Shown: positions 24,779-39,098, counted from the stretch's first letter. The stretch is 64,000 bases of DNA from Octopus vulgaris (GCA_951406725.2 OX597821.1:3410001-3474000), one strand, 5' to 3'. Notes: a model not told the origin generated them from the letters alone. Numbers and translations: made by a program.

Positions 24779-24931
24779 AAACTAGAGTCTATAACATTTA
24801 TTTGAAAATATAAGTGAGAAACATTCCCTCTATAGTTAAGTAAGGAGATCAAAAATTACTCATTCATAGAGGGAACGACTCTAAAACCTCTCTCACTTAT
24901 CCTTTCAAATAACCGTTATAGCCTTTAGTTT
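24779..24931. repeat. Imperfect foldback (~41-bp outer arms plus 10-bp inner arms)
   Basis: aaactagagtctataacatttatttgaaaatataagtgaga vs tctcacttatcctttcaaataaccgttatagcctttagttt; ttccctctat vs atagagggaa. Confidence 0.8.
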
Positions 24932-25270
24932 TAGTTAATACCTAATTCGACTCAGACATATCTTCCTTTCTCTTAAGGATAAATATGAATCTCCTACATC
25001 CTATTCAGCTATTTCCTTTCTCAAGTCCTTTATAAAAATTTTGTTTATAGTTCTTGCACTGAAGACTTCAGTGATACATAATTCATTTAATTTACTCTAA
25101 TTAGTTTAATTAATTCTATTTAACCATGAATTTGCATGATTTTTTATATATATCACTGTACGAAACGATCGTCTACAGGAATTAAAACACTCTTATATAT
25201 TTTAACACCTCTCTTCTCTATATCAAAATTGTTGAGATTTGTGGGATTCTTTCCATATATTCACAACACT

Positions 25271-25365
<95 letters not shown>

Positions 25366-25375
25366 ATATATATGC

Positions 25376-25559
25376 ATGATAGATTGGTAGCCACTACACA
25401 CGTTTTTTCTCTCCTTATTTTTCTGTGTCCCATTCTGTAGAAGTGCGTAGGCTTGAAACGTAAAATACTTTTTCTATTCTTGAGTGTTATGTTAATACAT
25501 CTGTTTGTTTTGTGCAGCACTTGTCTTCGTTTCTTGTTGTTTGCGTGAACTCTCCCTAT
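25376..25559 (+). repeat. Second copy of the ~200-bp hammerhead-variant repeat
   Basis: Reverse-complement match to 23841-24042; ctgtagaagtgcgtaggcttgaaacgta at 25435-25462. Confidence 0.75.
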
Positions 25560-25718
25560 ATATATATATATATATAGGAAGCATGAGATTCCTTGGAAAT
25601 AAGCAACGAATGTATACGAAACAAGGACGCAAAAACAGACGATGTTACACGAATATATATACATATAAAGCGGCGTACGTACACTTTGTTATCTTATATA
25701 TATTTATATATATATATA

Positions 25719-26444
25719 TGTGGAAGTCACAAATGAGTGTATTTGGCATATTTTGCTTTATGAGTTCAATAAAGGCAACGATGCAATGGAAAGTGCGATG
25801 AATATTAATGCAGTATATGGGAATCGGACAATAAGCGTAAACCAGTGTCAACGGTGGTTCCAGAAATTCCGAGCCAGAAACTACAGCCTAGAAGACATGT
25901 ACCGTCTTCGAAGATATGTAGTGTGCGATGAGAACGTCCTGCGAACCCTGGTGGAACAAAATCCCATTGTAACTGTTCAGGAACCAGCAGAGGATCTTCG
26001 ACCTTTCATTCAACCAGTCATTCAATTCAGCACTTAAAGAAAAACGACCTCTTTGGTTTCAAGACGAATGATATTCATTCATCAGGATAATGTTCGCCCA
26101 CACACAGCGAGGATGACATTACAAAGGCTGCAGCAATTTGGATGAGAAATGATGTCCCACCCGCCATATTCGCTGAACATTGCCCCATATGATTATTATT
26201 TATTCCGCAGTCTTCAAAACCATTTAGACAGAAAAAAATATGAATTCTGTACACGAAGTCAGAAGAGTGATTGGAGGAGTATTTTTGTCAGGGACAATAG
26301 AATTTTGGAAGAGGGGCTTTGCAAGCCTACCAAATAGATGGAAGAGCATTGGAGAAAACAAAAGAGAGTATGTCTTAGATTAAGAAAGAAGTAAAAAATT
26401 AAAAGATGTCTAAAAAAACGCATTATTTTTGGGATGACTCAATA
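25719..26444 (+). mobile_element. Mariner transposon remnant, second family, internally deleted
   Basis: HILLYEFNKG..A.E.A.NINAVYG...CQRWFQKFR...SLED, then HQDNVRPHTA, HPPYSLNIAPYDYYLFRSLQNHL and L..RW. Confidence 0.9.
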
Positions 26445-26955
26445 TATATGTGCTTTGTATGTATGTATATATGTATGTATGTGTAACATTGTATGTATGT
26501 GTGTGTAACATTGTATGTATGTATGTATGGTTCTATGTATGTATGCATGTATCTATCTGTAATTCATTCATCTCGCTAATCTCACAATTTAGTGTAGGGC
26601 TGCATTTGGACAATATTTATATTTACAATATATATACGTTTAGTTAGTTATGTTCCATTTCTATTAACTACCTTTATACCAATGATTTCCATCCTGGCCG
26701 TGCAAATAAAATACATTCAAATCATGTACCAATGTCAGTTTCATCGGTCGAAAACATCTTACCACAGAGAAAGACCTGTGGCCTTGAATATATTTTAAAA
26801 TCCATATATTTTTTTATCTTCCGCCCACACGAAAAGACATGCAATCACACACACACACACACACACACACACAGCACATATATTTATAATAAGGTATACA
26901 AACTTATATGCACACATCTATATATATTTAGCATAAATATATATATATACATGCT

Positions 26956-27034
<79 letters not shown>

Positions 27035-27629
27035 CTATGTGTATACATAATACATGAGTTTCTAAATGCGCATACGCATATATACCTACATATATTTTCG
27101 AGGAAACAATGCAAGCGTTTGCGCTTTTCAGCGCGGTATATTATGCATAATCAATAATGAGTACGAGAAACATGTTTCCCAACAATATCATGAGTCAGAG
27201 AGGAAAGATTATGAACGCGATACATGTTTGCTTTAATAATTTACAATGATTTAAAATGTTCCTAACCTCCGTTTATATACAATGATTGGGGCTTTAGTTG
27301 GTTAATTAATTCCACCAAAAGTTGCTGAATTTGCATACAACAATGTTTGACGTTGTTGTAACCAATGAAATCAAGGCTTTCGCTATGAATAAAATGCAAA
27401 AGCGAAAATGGAGGAAGAAACAAATAAACGAAAGGAGAAAATTAATATAGAAAAACCCAAAAAGAAAAAAAGAAATATATAAATATGTTAATGAACATGA
27501 AAAGATTTATTATATAGCTGCATGTATACACAAGCACATAGATTCACACAGGCCGGGCAGAAATATTTGCATGCTTCACATACACAAAACACTAAGCCGC
27601 AAAAGCACACGTACATATATACATTTACA

Positions 27630-27694
<65 letters not shown>

Positions 27695-27717
27695 GTGCGG
27701 GTGCGGGTTTATACAGG

Positions 27718-27859
27718 TGGAGGAGTGGCTGTATGGTAAGAAGTTTGCTTGCCAACCGCATGCTTCCGTGTTCAGTCTTGGGCAAGTATTGTCTTCCATA
27801 TACTTGGGTCACCCAAGCTTTGTGGGTGGATTTGCAAGACGAAAACTTAAAGAACTCCG

Positions 27860-27919
<60 letters not shown>

Positions 27920-28125
27920 ATTTGTGTGTGTGTGTGCGTGCGTGTGTGTGTGTTTATCCCCGCACCATCACTTGGCAACCGATCATGGTGTATTTACGTC
28001 CCTGTAACTTAGCGGTTCGGCAAAAAGTGACCTATAGAATAAGTACTAGACTTACTAAAAATAAATCCTGGAGTCCATTTGTTCGACTTAAGCATGGCCG
28101 CAGTTAATTGACTGTAACAAGTATA
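27718..28125 (+). mobile_element. SINE family C, full length, with long internal (TA)n(TG)n
   Basis: Head gtggctgtatggtaagaagtttgctt...cttgggcaagt...; tail ...agcatggccgcagtt. Confidence 0.8.
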
Positions 28126-29113
28126 AACATTATACATATATAAAACAATATATCAAATATATATATACATATATATAACATACATTTAGCTATGTTAATA
28201 TATGTATGTATATAGGTTCATATGTGTATATATATATAAAGTTATATTATTTATATATATACACATGCGTACACACAGAAATGTACGCGTTTTTCCATGT
28301 ATGTTTGGGTCGGAAAGGGTATGTCTACATAATTGCATATGAATATTTTGTGTATTTGCCTGTTCAGAATGTGCTGACTCATAAAGAATTATGTAGAATT
28401 GAATTATGTAAACTTGTAACACGACGAAAATTATGTAATTAGAAGCATTACGAAAATGTTGGCTCAGACACTGAATAAATATGAATGATTATGGAGCTAT
28501 ATTTTGTCTGTTCTTGACATAATACATATTCAAGGCCACTCAAAAATTGTTTCGCATCAGTTATATCTTCAATGGAAATTATCAGAGTAAATAGGGATGT
28601 GTTCATGAGCGTTCATTTGTTTTTTTTTTGTATTTTTTTATGTTTTGGTTTGTTTTAATTTATATTAATTTGTATATTGAGAGAAGGGGTTTGTGTTATA
28701 GCTGTGATCCTTTTGAAATGCAGCAGTTAAAAGCTGCGGAAAAAAAAACAAAGGAGAGGAGCAGAGGAGGTAAAAAAAATGCACCGAAAAGTATTATTTG
28801 ATGTGGATCAGGAGGAAGATAATAATATTGTTGAAACAAGAAGAGAGGAGTGGGTTTAAAGTGCTTGACTAGGTTTGGCACGATACCAGGCTGCCTCGAA
28901 GAATGCGAATAGATTGCATCACTCCACCCAGATCGTCGTTTACGTAAAAGTCTGATTTGGAACTTTTTTTTCTCTTTGTGAACCGTTTTAGTTTGTATCA
29001 AATTCTTCTACTATACATTTAGTAATTTTGTAATGCATTCATCACCTTGTTTTCCGTCTATACCTTCATATAGATATGACTTTATGATAATGATCGTGGT
29101 GATAATAATTATG

Positions 29114-29227
<114 letters not shown>

Positions 29228-29267
29228 GTATGTGTGTATGTGTATATGTGTATGTGTGCGTGCATAT

Positions 29268-29420
29268 TGGCTGTGTTGTAAGTAGCTTGTTTATTAACCG
29301 CATGGTTCCTAGTTCGGTCCCATTGCGTGGCACCTTGGGTAAGTGTCCTTTATAGCTTCCGGTCCGACGAAAGACTTGTGAGTGGATTTGGTAGACGGAA
29401 ACTGAAAGAAACCCGTCGTG
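29268..29420 (+). mobile_element. SINE family C head followed by microsatellite
   Basis: ggcaccttgggtaagtgtc...gtgagtggatttggtagacggaaactgaaagaa. Confidence 0.8.
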
Positions 29421-29458
29421 TGTATATATATATATATATATATAAATATACACACATA

Positions 29459-29603
<145 letters not shown>

Positions 29604-32418
29604 ATATAGGATGAAGTCTTTCTCGTTCTCAAAATGCGTTGCCCCTTACTTTTGCGCAGATTGCTTTTCAATTTTTCTCTATCGATGCCACTCTGAACAT
29701 TGGTTACGATCAACCAATGACTTTATCTCGTAAGTTTAAGATTCTGATGTTATTTGGGATTAATGTTGGGAAATCTGGGTATTTTTAACCAATCAACAGA
29801 AAGTGTGGCAATATCTGCTTGTTACGATGACAACCGCACGCTGCGACGTGGTGCACTGTTGTCTGTGCCGCTGTTGATTTTTCACGAGATTCTTTTTAGC
29901 CGCGTGTTTTGTTTTAATTTTTCTGTGTGTTAGTAAATTACATATCTTTCTGTGCTTCTGTGTGTTAGTATGTTTCTGTATTTTTTCTGTTTGTTAGTAT
30001 TTTTACATATTTTTTCATTTCACATATTTTTGTGACTCATTGACTCAGATAGCTAACCAAAGACGTGAATCAAAAACTGGGATTTGTCTTTTTACTTGTA
30101 TGATTCTGCTCGATTTTTCCGAGTTAAACTTTGCGTAGCGTGTTCGCTTCACTGAAGTTCCGGTTGGGTTGACGGATCGTGTTGGTCGATCACACGTTAC
30201 AGTAGTAATGGCAGATGAGAGGGTATCTCACAGAATTCGAGAGTGACTGGTGCTCTGCTTAAGGCATCGACTAGGAGAACTCGGGCCTATACCGACAAAT
30301 GGCCAATGCTTCAACGCCTGGCAATGACGAATGCCCACGCACCTGACCTGACATCTGTATTTGTGCGTAAGTGTCAGTTACCTGCGTTTGTGTGTATGTG
30401 TCAGTTACAATTCCGCCGTGTTCGACTTAGCTTTTCATCTTTGTGAGATCGATGAAGTAAGTAGCAGGGGGGGGCGTGTTTGTATGTATGCCTGTGTATG
30501 TATATACGAGACTTACTTTGTTATCATAAACAACATATGCGGTTTCCAAACTTATTGGTGGAAAACTTGAACAGATGTTCTGTTTATAGTAATCAAATGG
30601 TTGTGTTGTATAATAGTCCGCTTCGGCCATCAGATCGACATTGCCTCTATAGTTGTACGGTCTGTCACACATCCGATATCGAAGTGTTCTCAGTGAAACA
30701 TGAAATGGATTGCTTTGCAAAATGTGCGTTCCTCTCCGTCGTTCTAAAACATAATACGATCGTGTCTACTACAATCCCTGAAGCACTAGGCCTCACACAG
30801 TTATATATACACATAGGTGTTTGTGCAAATGTATGCGTACCTCTGTGTGTGTGTGTGAGCAGAAGATTGTGAGTGCCAACGTTATTTCCTGGTTTCATCG
30901 GTCTAGAACCAGGTGTTTTTCCTTTGTGTTGAGACATTTTGTTTCCTGCACAATAGTGAGTCGGCTTCCTTCAGCCAAATAACTCCCAAACTTATATGTC
31001 TTGAGATTCCTGTGACAGAGAAAAATATTTAAATGTGCACTCTGCTATGACCTCTGTTTGTAGAGACCACTTTATAAAATATCATATACATGGCACTCTT
31101 TTTACACTCTTTTCTTCTTGCCACGTGAAATACTGCAAAAGGGATGGAACTGATGACACGGTGTCTGCCAATTAAGTGGAAAGGATAATACAGAAGTAGA
31201 AATAACCATAAACATCGATACTAAAAGTGGTTGAGTTAAATATAGTGTATGTATTACAAAATGTACTCGTTTACGATCCTGATAATTTTATTTAGCCTTG
31301 AAATTGAGGGCAGCATATACTTTTACTTCTAGTTTTTCTTTTTTGCTTTCTCCATAAAATAAATAGTGATCATTCATTAATATTTGACAATAAAGTTTTT
31401 ATTACGATATAAACTAGATAAGTTTCAAAAATAATAATTTTATGAGTTGAATAAAATACTTTATGGGTATCCATAATCTCTTAAATGAAAGGCAAGGAGA
31501 CAGAATGTTATAATGATGAGGACGTATGTGGTGTTGGTGAAGTAACATCGACCTTTCAGAATCGGAAACGAGGCACGAGCTCGTCTCCCAGTTACTTACA
31601 AGTTTCAATGTTCGCCATAATACGAGACGAATATAAAGCGTAGAATTCACTGATTCCGCTAATACTTTTAATGCATAAATGCTTATTCTTAAACTCGAGA
31701 ATCGGAAATGACATTGTTGAAACCAATTTCCGCAATCGCTTCATAAAAGAACACTTCAAATTATGAAGATCTCTCTCACATTTTGTACTTAATAATGCAG
31801 GTAAAGTAATTAAAAGTAATTTGTTATATTTGAATCAATGCAGTCACTGAAAAGAATGTTTTATATCAAATAAGTGGTTTGTGTAGATATATTTCCTGAC
31901 ACTTTATACTGAAGCAAGTATAGATTTATAATACAGAATATCATGACTGCTGCACGCAGTAAAACAATCATATAAATATTAATGAAGTAATTAGCTTTTC
32001 GCTTTATTTTAAGGCCGCTGTCAGTCTATTTGCTATTGAAACCCAAACCAAATCTTTTATCTATTGTAAAAGTCATTCTAGCTCCAAGGAACATGTATTT
32101 TGCTTATTATATTATACGTTTTCGATGCTTTATATTGGGTCTCGTTGTTCACGAATAAGTTTCTATTGAAGATCGGTTGAAGTATGACTATCCGATTATA
32201 CTATCAGTACTTCCTTATTGAATGTGTATTTCTAACATCATGATTCGACGAGGTTTAAGAGGAACGCTGCCACCATTTTAAAACAATTCTTTACTTTTAT
32301 TCCAGTGAAAGAAACATTTTAAAACCGTAGTATAGTCTATTTAATTTGATATATATTTCCATAATTGTTACATTATTAATTCCATATGTCATAGAGTTGA
32401 ATAAGTTCATACATACAT

Positions 32419-32457
<39 letters not shown>

Positions 32458-32569
32458 GGCACATTTTGAAATGCGGAGGGGTGGATAGATAAATACTTAC
32501 GATTAAATGCAGATAGACACCTATTTAATGCCACATTCTTATAATCGTATTTATCGATTTGTAAACTAT

Positions 32570-32785
32570 TGGTTTTAAATCTTGGCACAAAGCTAGCAAT
32601 TTCGGGTTTGGGTTAAGTCGATTGCACCGACCCCATTGATTAACTGGTACTTATTTCATCGAACTCATAAAGATGAAGAGCTAAGTCGAACACGGCGGAA
32701 CTGTACCTCAAAGTGTAAAGGCAAACAAAATGCCGCTAACCACTTCTCCCGACGTGTTAACCATTCAGCCAGTACACGCTTCTCA
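32570..32785 (-). mobile_element. SINE family A, degraded, tail type 1
   Basis: Colinear with 965-1179. Confidence 0.65.
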
Positions 32786-32999
32786 TATACCATATCTGTT
32801 TCAACAAAAAAGCATTAAAATATAACATATGCACGTGGATAATGAATATTCCCGCGATTTAAAATGCTTGGAGTCACATTCAAGCTTAGACAAGTTTTGC
32901 ATTTTCATCCACAGCTTAATATGTAAATAAATCATAAAAATTAAAAGAATTCAAATCATACATGACAGTTACTGAATTTTCATGGGCATGTTATTAGAA

Positions 33000-33510
33000 G
33001 ATGCTGCGGAGAAATAGAAAACAAATATCCAATATCAGATATGTAACAGTTACAACAACCAGTAAAGATTTCCACATTCATAAAGCAAATACAATCCAGT
33101 TATTCAGTTTCGTTATTGAATAGATGAAACAGGCATTCAGAAATACATAAAACTGAACAGATTCGTTCCCACGAATATGAAACCAAGAGCATGAATATAT
33201 GGAGAACAATACGAGAGTTAATGAAACAACAATACCATTAACGCAAAACTAGAAACCAGTAAAGCTATAAAAGAATTTTAGATAACTTGTGAAAAATATA
33301 AAAACAATCCCTTAATATAAACATGATAGATGGAGACTTCATTGCTGAATCTGTCATATAGAAAATACAAATATGACGCCTTGCTACTTGTTATATAAGT
33401 ATTTATTACTAACAACCATAGCATTATATTTGCTCTGTCTGCTGTATTAATAACAATAACCAATGGGATACAGATCCCCTTTAATGCATTAAGAACAGCT
33501 GCCTGTCGCT
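33000..33510 (-). pseudogene. Possible decayed rhodopsin-class GPCR fragment (TM1-TM4-like)
   Basis: tttcag acceptor, then hydrophobic segments across frames: NALKGICIPLVIVI, MKSPSIMFI, GIVVSLTLVLFSI, ACFIYSITKLNNWIVFAL, KSLLVVVTVTYLIL. No intact diagnostic motif. Confidence 0.25.
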
Positions 33511-33872
33511 GAAACTATAGTAACTTGGTGTTACGCTTCAACATTTTAAAACGACTGATGATTTTGTAATTTTGTTTCGTTTTGTTGTTTTTGTTTTGTA
33601 TTTTTTTGTATTAGTTACGTCGTTACAACTCTGCACAATGACAAACCTTTTACAAAAGCGAAGCAATAAAACAAATGACATTTTCATCCACTTCCTACAA
33701 AAGATTAGACGGAGAAGAATTGGAAATGTTCATATAGGCAGTTCCAGACTAAACAGGATATACTAACAGGGAAATATTTGCAATTACTAATATGCATGAA
33801 TAAACATTAACTTATTCTTCATATGAGTATCAAAATTTGAAAGGAAATGCTTTCACTTTGAACCAACTATGG

Positions 33873-33911
<39 letters not shown>

Positions 33912-33915
33912 GGTG

Positions 33916-33958
<43 letters not shown>

Positions 33959-33969
33959 GTGTATTTATG

Positions 33970-34002
<33 letters not shown>

Positions 34003-34019
34003 GTATATATACATATCAG

Positions 34020-34505
34020 CTACTGGGAAAGACTGAAAGTATTAAAAGTCTTCTCCATGGAGTGAATGCGGGAGAGATATGCAGTGATATACAAATGGAA
34101 AATCCTGGAGGGTCTTGTCTCGAATTGTGGCATTGAAAGTTACCCGAACAGCAGAACGGGGCGCCACTGCATAGTGCCAAAGGTCCCAACATCACCATCA
34201 AAATACAGTACCAGATTCTGCAACAGCTTGGATTTCAGGGGACTACAGCTCTTCAATATACTTCCTAAATGCCTGAGAGGCATGCATGGTGTGGATGTGG
34301 GTTTCTTTAAAATTGAACTGGATCTCTTCTTGTCAAGGGTTCCAGATAAATCTATGGAACACATATGCGGACAGCGGCGTCGAACTCCCTTGTTGACCAA
34401 ATGCCACGTATGAGAGGTGGTTTCACATACTAGTGTAGCTCATTCAACAGTTGTCCCCCAGCATGGCCGCAGCTTTCGGACTGAAACATTTTTAAAGATT
34501 TAAGG

Positions 34506-34510
<5 letters not shown>
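34020..34510 (+). mobile_element. 3' end of a CR1/L2-group LINE
   Basis: RERYAVIYKWKILEGLV.N...RTGRHC...NSL.FRG.QLFNILPK.LR....V..FK..LD.FL..VPD, then a short 3' UTR with stem-loop. Confidence 0.85.
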
Positions 34511-34563
<53 letters not shown>

Positions 34564-34617
34564 TACTGATATGCAAGACGTGATATGAGCTTGAGATCAT
34601 GGTGGTGTGTGTTTATG

Positions 34618-34706
<89 letters not shown>

Positions 34707-34775
34707 TCATATACTGGGTATATAGTGAAGAAATATATTACACAACACACACACACACACACACACAGTTGTGAA

Positions 34776-34844
<69 letters not shown>

Positions 34845-34912
34845 GTATAAGTACATATGCAAGTGTTTGTGATTGCCAAATACACATGCATATAATCATA
34901 TCATATATCTTC

Positions 34913-34971
<59 letters not shown>

Positions 34972-36823
34972 ATAGCTCTTTCATATCGATTGAAATGGTA
35001 TAAATAGTTCAGAAATATATATACACAACGCTGATAATATTAATATAACAACAAGTGCTTAAACATTTAGTTTTTCTATTAAAGTGTATTTAATTCGTTT
35101 GGTTGAAAGCTAAACGATCAAACACACTGGCAACATCTATTCGATATGTTAGACGAGATTTATATATGAAACATACTTCTATATTTAATTATATACGTGT
35201 AAATTAAAATTCTGCTGCTCAAAGAATTTTCCACTTGGTTAGCTACACCGAAATAGAAACTGCTCCATAAAATATTTGAAATATATGTGTAAACTTTGAC
35301 ATCAAAGATTGTTTCGTTTGTCCCTAGTTTAATGTATTCTTCGATTGAATTAACTTCAAAGCTGACGGATACTCGTTTATTTTCTATAATCACTTTGAGA
35401 TAGGAGGCCTTTTTGTGCCTATCGGAGCTCGGCCGTCTGAAGAAATCGTCTAGTTTATAGTTGATACATGATCCAATTATTTCATTAGTTCAGCTTGCTA
35501 ATTGAGTTTACTAAGAGCAGATTGGTGTGACCGTTATAGATTGTAATAGTAGTTTGTAAGTCTAGACATCAAGATAAGACTGTTATGTTTTATTTTGTTA
35601 CTTTTTTTTCCGCTTGAATTGACAATATGTTGAATAATTAAACAACGGAATATATTTCCTTGTCAAAATATACATTTAACCTAAAAAAGAAAACAGTCAA
35701 GGGCACTATTCAATTTTATGTGTCAAGTGCTTTCATGATACATACACCCACACATAGCCACACTTACACAAACACCCATATTCGTTCGTCTATGTATGTG
35801 TGTGTACATACACGTATAGCTGTGCGCGTGCGTATGTGTAAAAACACCAAAATATATGCGAAAGCAATTATAAACACCTACTCACTCGGAAGCTTTGGTT
35901 GACTTCACTGAAATTGATTTTTTTTTATATACATATATATGAACAAAAGATAGATACAACAATTTGTTCAAGCTGCAGTACTTATATGGACTCATCGAAT
36001 AGTTACCAAACTGCTTCTTAAGCTATAAACATTATAATTTCTTAGTTAACTTATATTAATTTTCTATTGGTTTTCAGTATCGATTCATATGCTGTTATAT
36101 ATTTTCAAAACTATCAACTATTCAAAATCCAAAAATCTTAATAAACTAGTTTGTGGCGCTGAATTTTTAGGTACAAAAATGATATACATACAATCGTTTA
36201 ATGTGGTTTAAGTGTGAATTAGTAAAATTAGTGCCTTCAAATATTCTACAAGGATGCGTGAATTAATAATAATAATAATAATAAAAATGCAAATTCTGAA
36301 ATGCCTTTAATACCCAGCATTATATAGGGAGCCAATATTCTACTATTATTGTTATAATATTAAACTGCAGTGTTTAAAATAACGGGTTATCTTAAATATA
36401 GTTCTGGTGAATAAAGGCAGAAACATAGATACAGATATGCATGTGAAGACAGCACTGGTGAATGAGCCTTATGCTTGACAGTAATTGTACATCACCGTTT
36501 ATACTAAAGTATCCCTTCAGCTCATTAGAAATGAATAGCTTAATCGCTCCTGTTGGATCTTAGAATGGCACGAAAGAAAAAGTAGCATTTTCCACAAATT
36601 TTTGTGATAAATATTCCGCTGCTCAAACAACAGATTCATATTTGTGAAGTTAACATGTAAGTAGGTTAATACTTAACCGGCTGATTTATAACCAGTACAT
36701 TTTAACTTGAGTCAGTGACATAAAATACATTACAAGTCTGCCCGTTTACGTTATAAATCAAAACATTACACGGTTGGTAAGAGAATAAGAAAGAAGCAAT
36801 GCGATTGGAGCCTAGTTCTAGAT

Positions 36824-37169
36824 CATTGGTTCTGAATCGAGGTTCATATGGCCCCTGAGATTCCATATACAATTTATGGAGGTCCACGCAACAAAGTACC
36901 TAATTGGGCATTAACAATAGTATTTTAGGGGACCCTGAAAAAATGTTGCTTTAGATATATATGTTGGTTATAAAGCAAAAATTAGCTAGGTTTCTTTCTC
37001 TGACGTTTTACATACTTCGAGCTATACAAGTTAAAGTGCAAAAACAAAATAAGAATTTTAAAAGAAGTTTCTATAAAACTAGTTTTAAACATGAAAAGGC
37101 GATGGAGGTCCGGCAGAGAAAATAATAATCAAAGGGGTCCGTAGATAAAAAAAAAAATGAGAACCCCTG
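36824..37169. mobile_element. Non-autonomous hAT (Charlie-like) element
   Basis: Ends cattggttctgaa / atgagaacccctg; 8-bp TSD ttctagat / ttctagac; internal ggggtcc/gacccc motifs. Confidence 0.75.
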
Positions 37170-37446
37170 TTCTAGACTGTTATCCATCGATACATAAGTA
37201 GATGATTGGCAAAGTTGACTTCGACTTGGTGTGATCTTAGGCATGTTAGAAAGAACAAGCGCTGCTCACGGTATTTGTGTCGTTGGCATCGACATATCTT
37301 CCTCCTTCTCTTCAAAACTACTGGCCTGGTGCGTGAATCGGAAACCATTACATATTAGTCTCTTCTCATAAAATCCAAGTCAACAAACCGTAACCAAATA
37401 ACTGATATTTCCGTTTGCTTACAGTAAGGATGTAAAAAAAAAACGT

Positions 37447-37734
37447 CGCCCTTTTCAAGCCTAGCCAGGCTCATGGGCCTGGTTTCCCGGTTTCTGTGGC
37501 ATATGTTTTCCCCCCAGCTGGACGGGACGCCAGTCCATCACAGCATTACTCAAGAAACAGGAAGAGAGAGTGAGAGAAAGTTGTGGCGAAAGAGTACAAC
37601 AGGGTTGCCACCACCCCCTGCCGGAGACTCGTGGAGCCTTTTAGGTGCTTTCGCTCAATATACACACACAACGCCCGGTCTGGGAATCGAATCCGCGAGT
37701 TCGCTGCCCTAACCACTAGGCCATTGCGCCTCCA
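37447..37734 (-). mobile_element. SINE with family B tail but a different centre
   Basis: Tail identical in type to 7024-7125 (aagcctagccaggctcatgggcc..tttcccggtttc); tRNA-like head; middle segment unlike family B. Confidence 0.75.
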
Positions 37735-39020
37735 TACAGTAAGGATGTAGATCCTGTAAATTTCAGAACTGTTCTAATGTTATATTTCCATGTAAAATAC
37801 ACTTTTCTGTTCCATGCACTTGTCTAAAACAAGTAGAAACGAAGGGAATACATCATTATAAAAAAGAATATACCTAGACGTTTTGTGCTATTATAGCAAT
37901 TGTTCTTTCTGCAGACAGGAAAGTGCACGACTGGAATGCCTTTGTTCAATGCAGATTATGTTTTATTTTGCAGAATATGCTGAAAAATTTGTTTGATATA
38001 AAAGTAAAGCGTTGACAATAACGTAAATTAATTTAGATAATGGAGTAAAGTCACGTGTAGAGATTAATACCTAATGCCAATACTTATTTATCTAATATTG
38101 AATTAGTGAGAAATATACTACGTATAAAAACATCAAACTAAACCATGCAAGAGAATAAGAAAAAGTACAAATCCACGAATGGTTCACAAAATAAATACGT
38201 AAAGCAGGTTATTATAATACAGGAATCTAACAAACATACATTAGTCATAGATGAGAGAAAAATATATTCCGTTCTGAGGGTAAACAGTTTGGGGATTACG
38301 ATAGACTGTACACTTTGATGTAGCAGTATTTTGACGCTATATTTGCCATATCAATAATTACATATTTATACGGATACCTCACCTCATATCGCTCTGAACT
38401 CAACATGGTTTACGAAACGTTTGCACGCATTGATATATGCAAATACTTGTCCGACAAGGGAACCATGGCTTGGTCGTTTGACCTACTAAAAAGAGCAGAA
38501 CACTCCCGCTCGAATCACATCCTATCTTTTCAATAGAGAACTGCGCACTGAATTATATTATTCTGTTTTTATTGTTCCGATCAAGAATACTGCTATTCCT
38601 GACTAGTTTACCATCCTTACTCACCGTGATTTAAGCAAAAATATGATCAAAGACCCTCCTATCTTTGATCATATGCTTGTTTGAACCACACTGCATATGG
38701 ATGCTAAACTAGAAAAAATACTTTATACATATTTACATTTGAAGAGTTGAGAGTCTCACCGACAATCCATTTATACCTCGGTTCTTTTTCACTTCCAGAC
38801 ATTCTATTTACAGATTTTTCCTTCTTTATGCATTAGTAAAACAATACGTCGTATATCGTCCCTTCTGCATAACACAAACGCATCCATTCCTCCGGGAAAA
38901 TATCGTAACAAAAGTGTATAACAATGATAGTATAGCAAAAGTATGGAAACCACCTGCAGAAACAGAAGTATTATTTAATTCTGGCCTTTTAGGTACTGCA
39001 AAAGTTGCTACCAGAAACCG

Positions 39021-39098
<78 letters not shown>

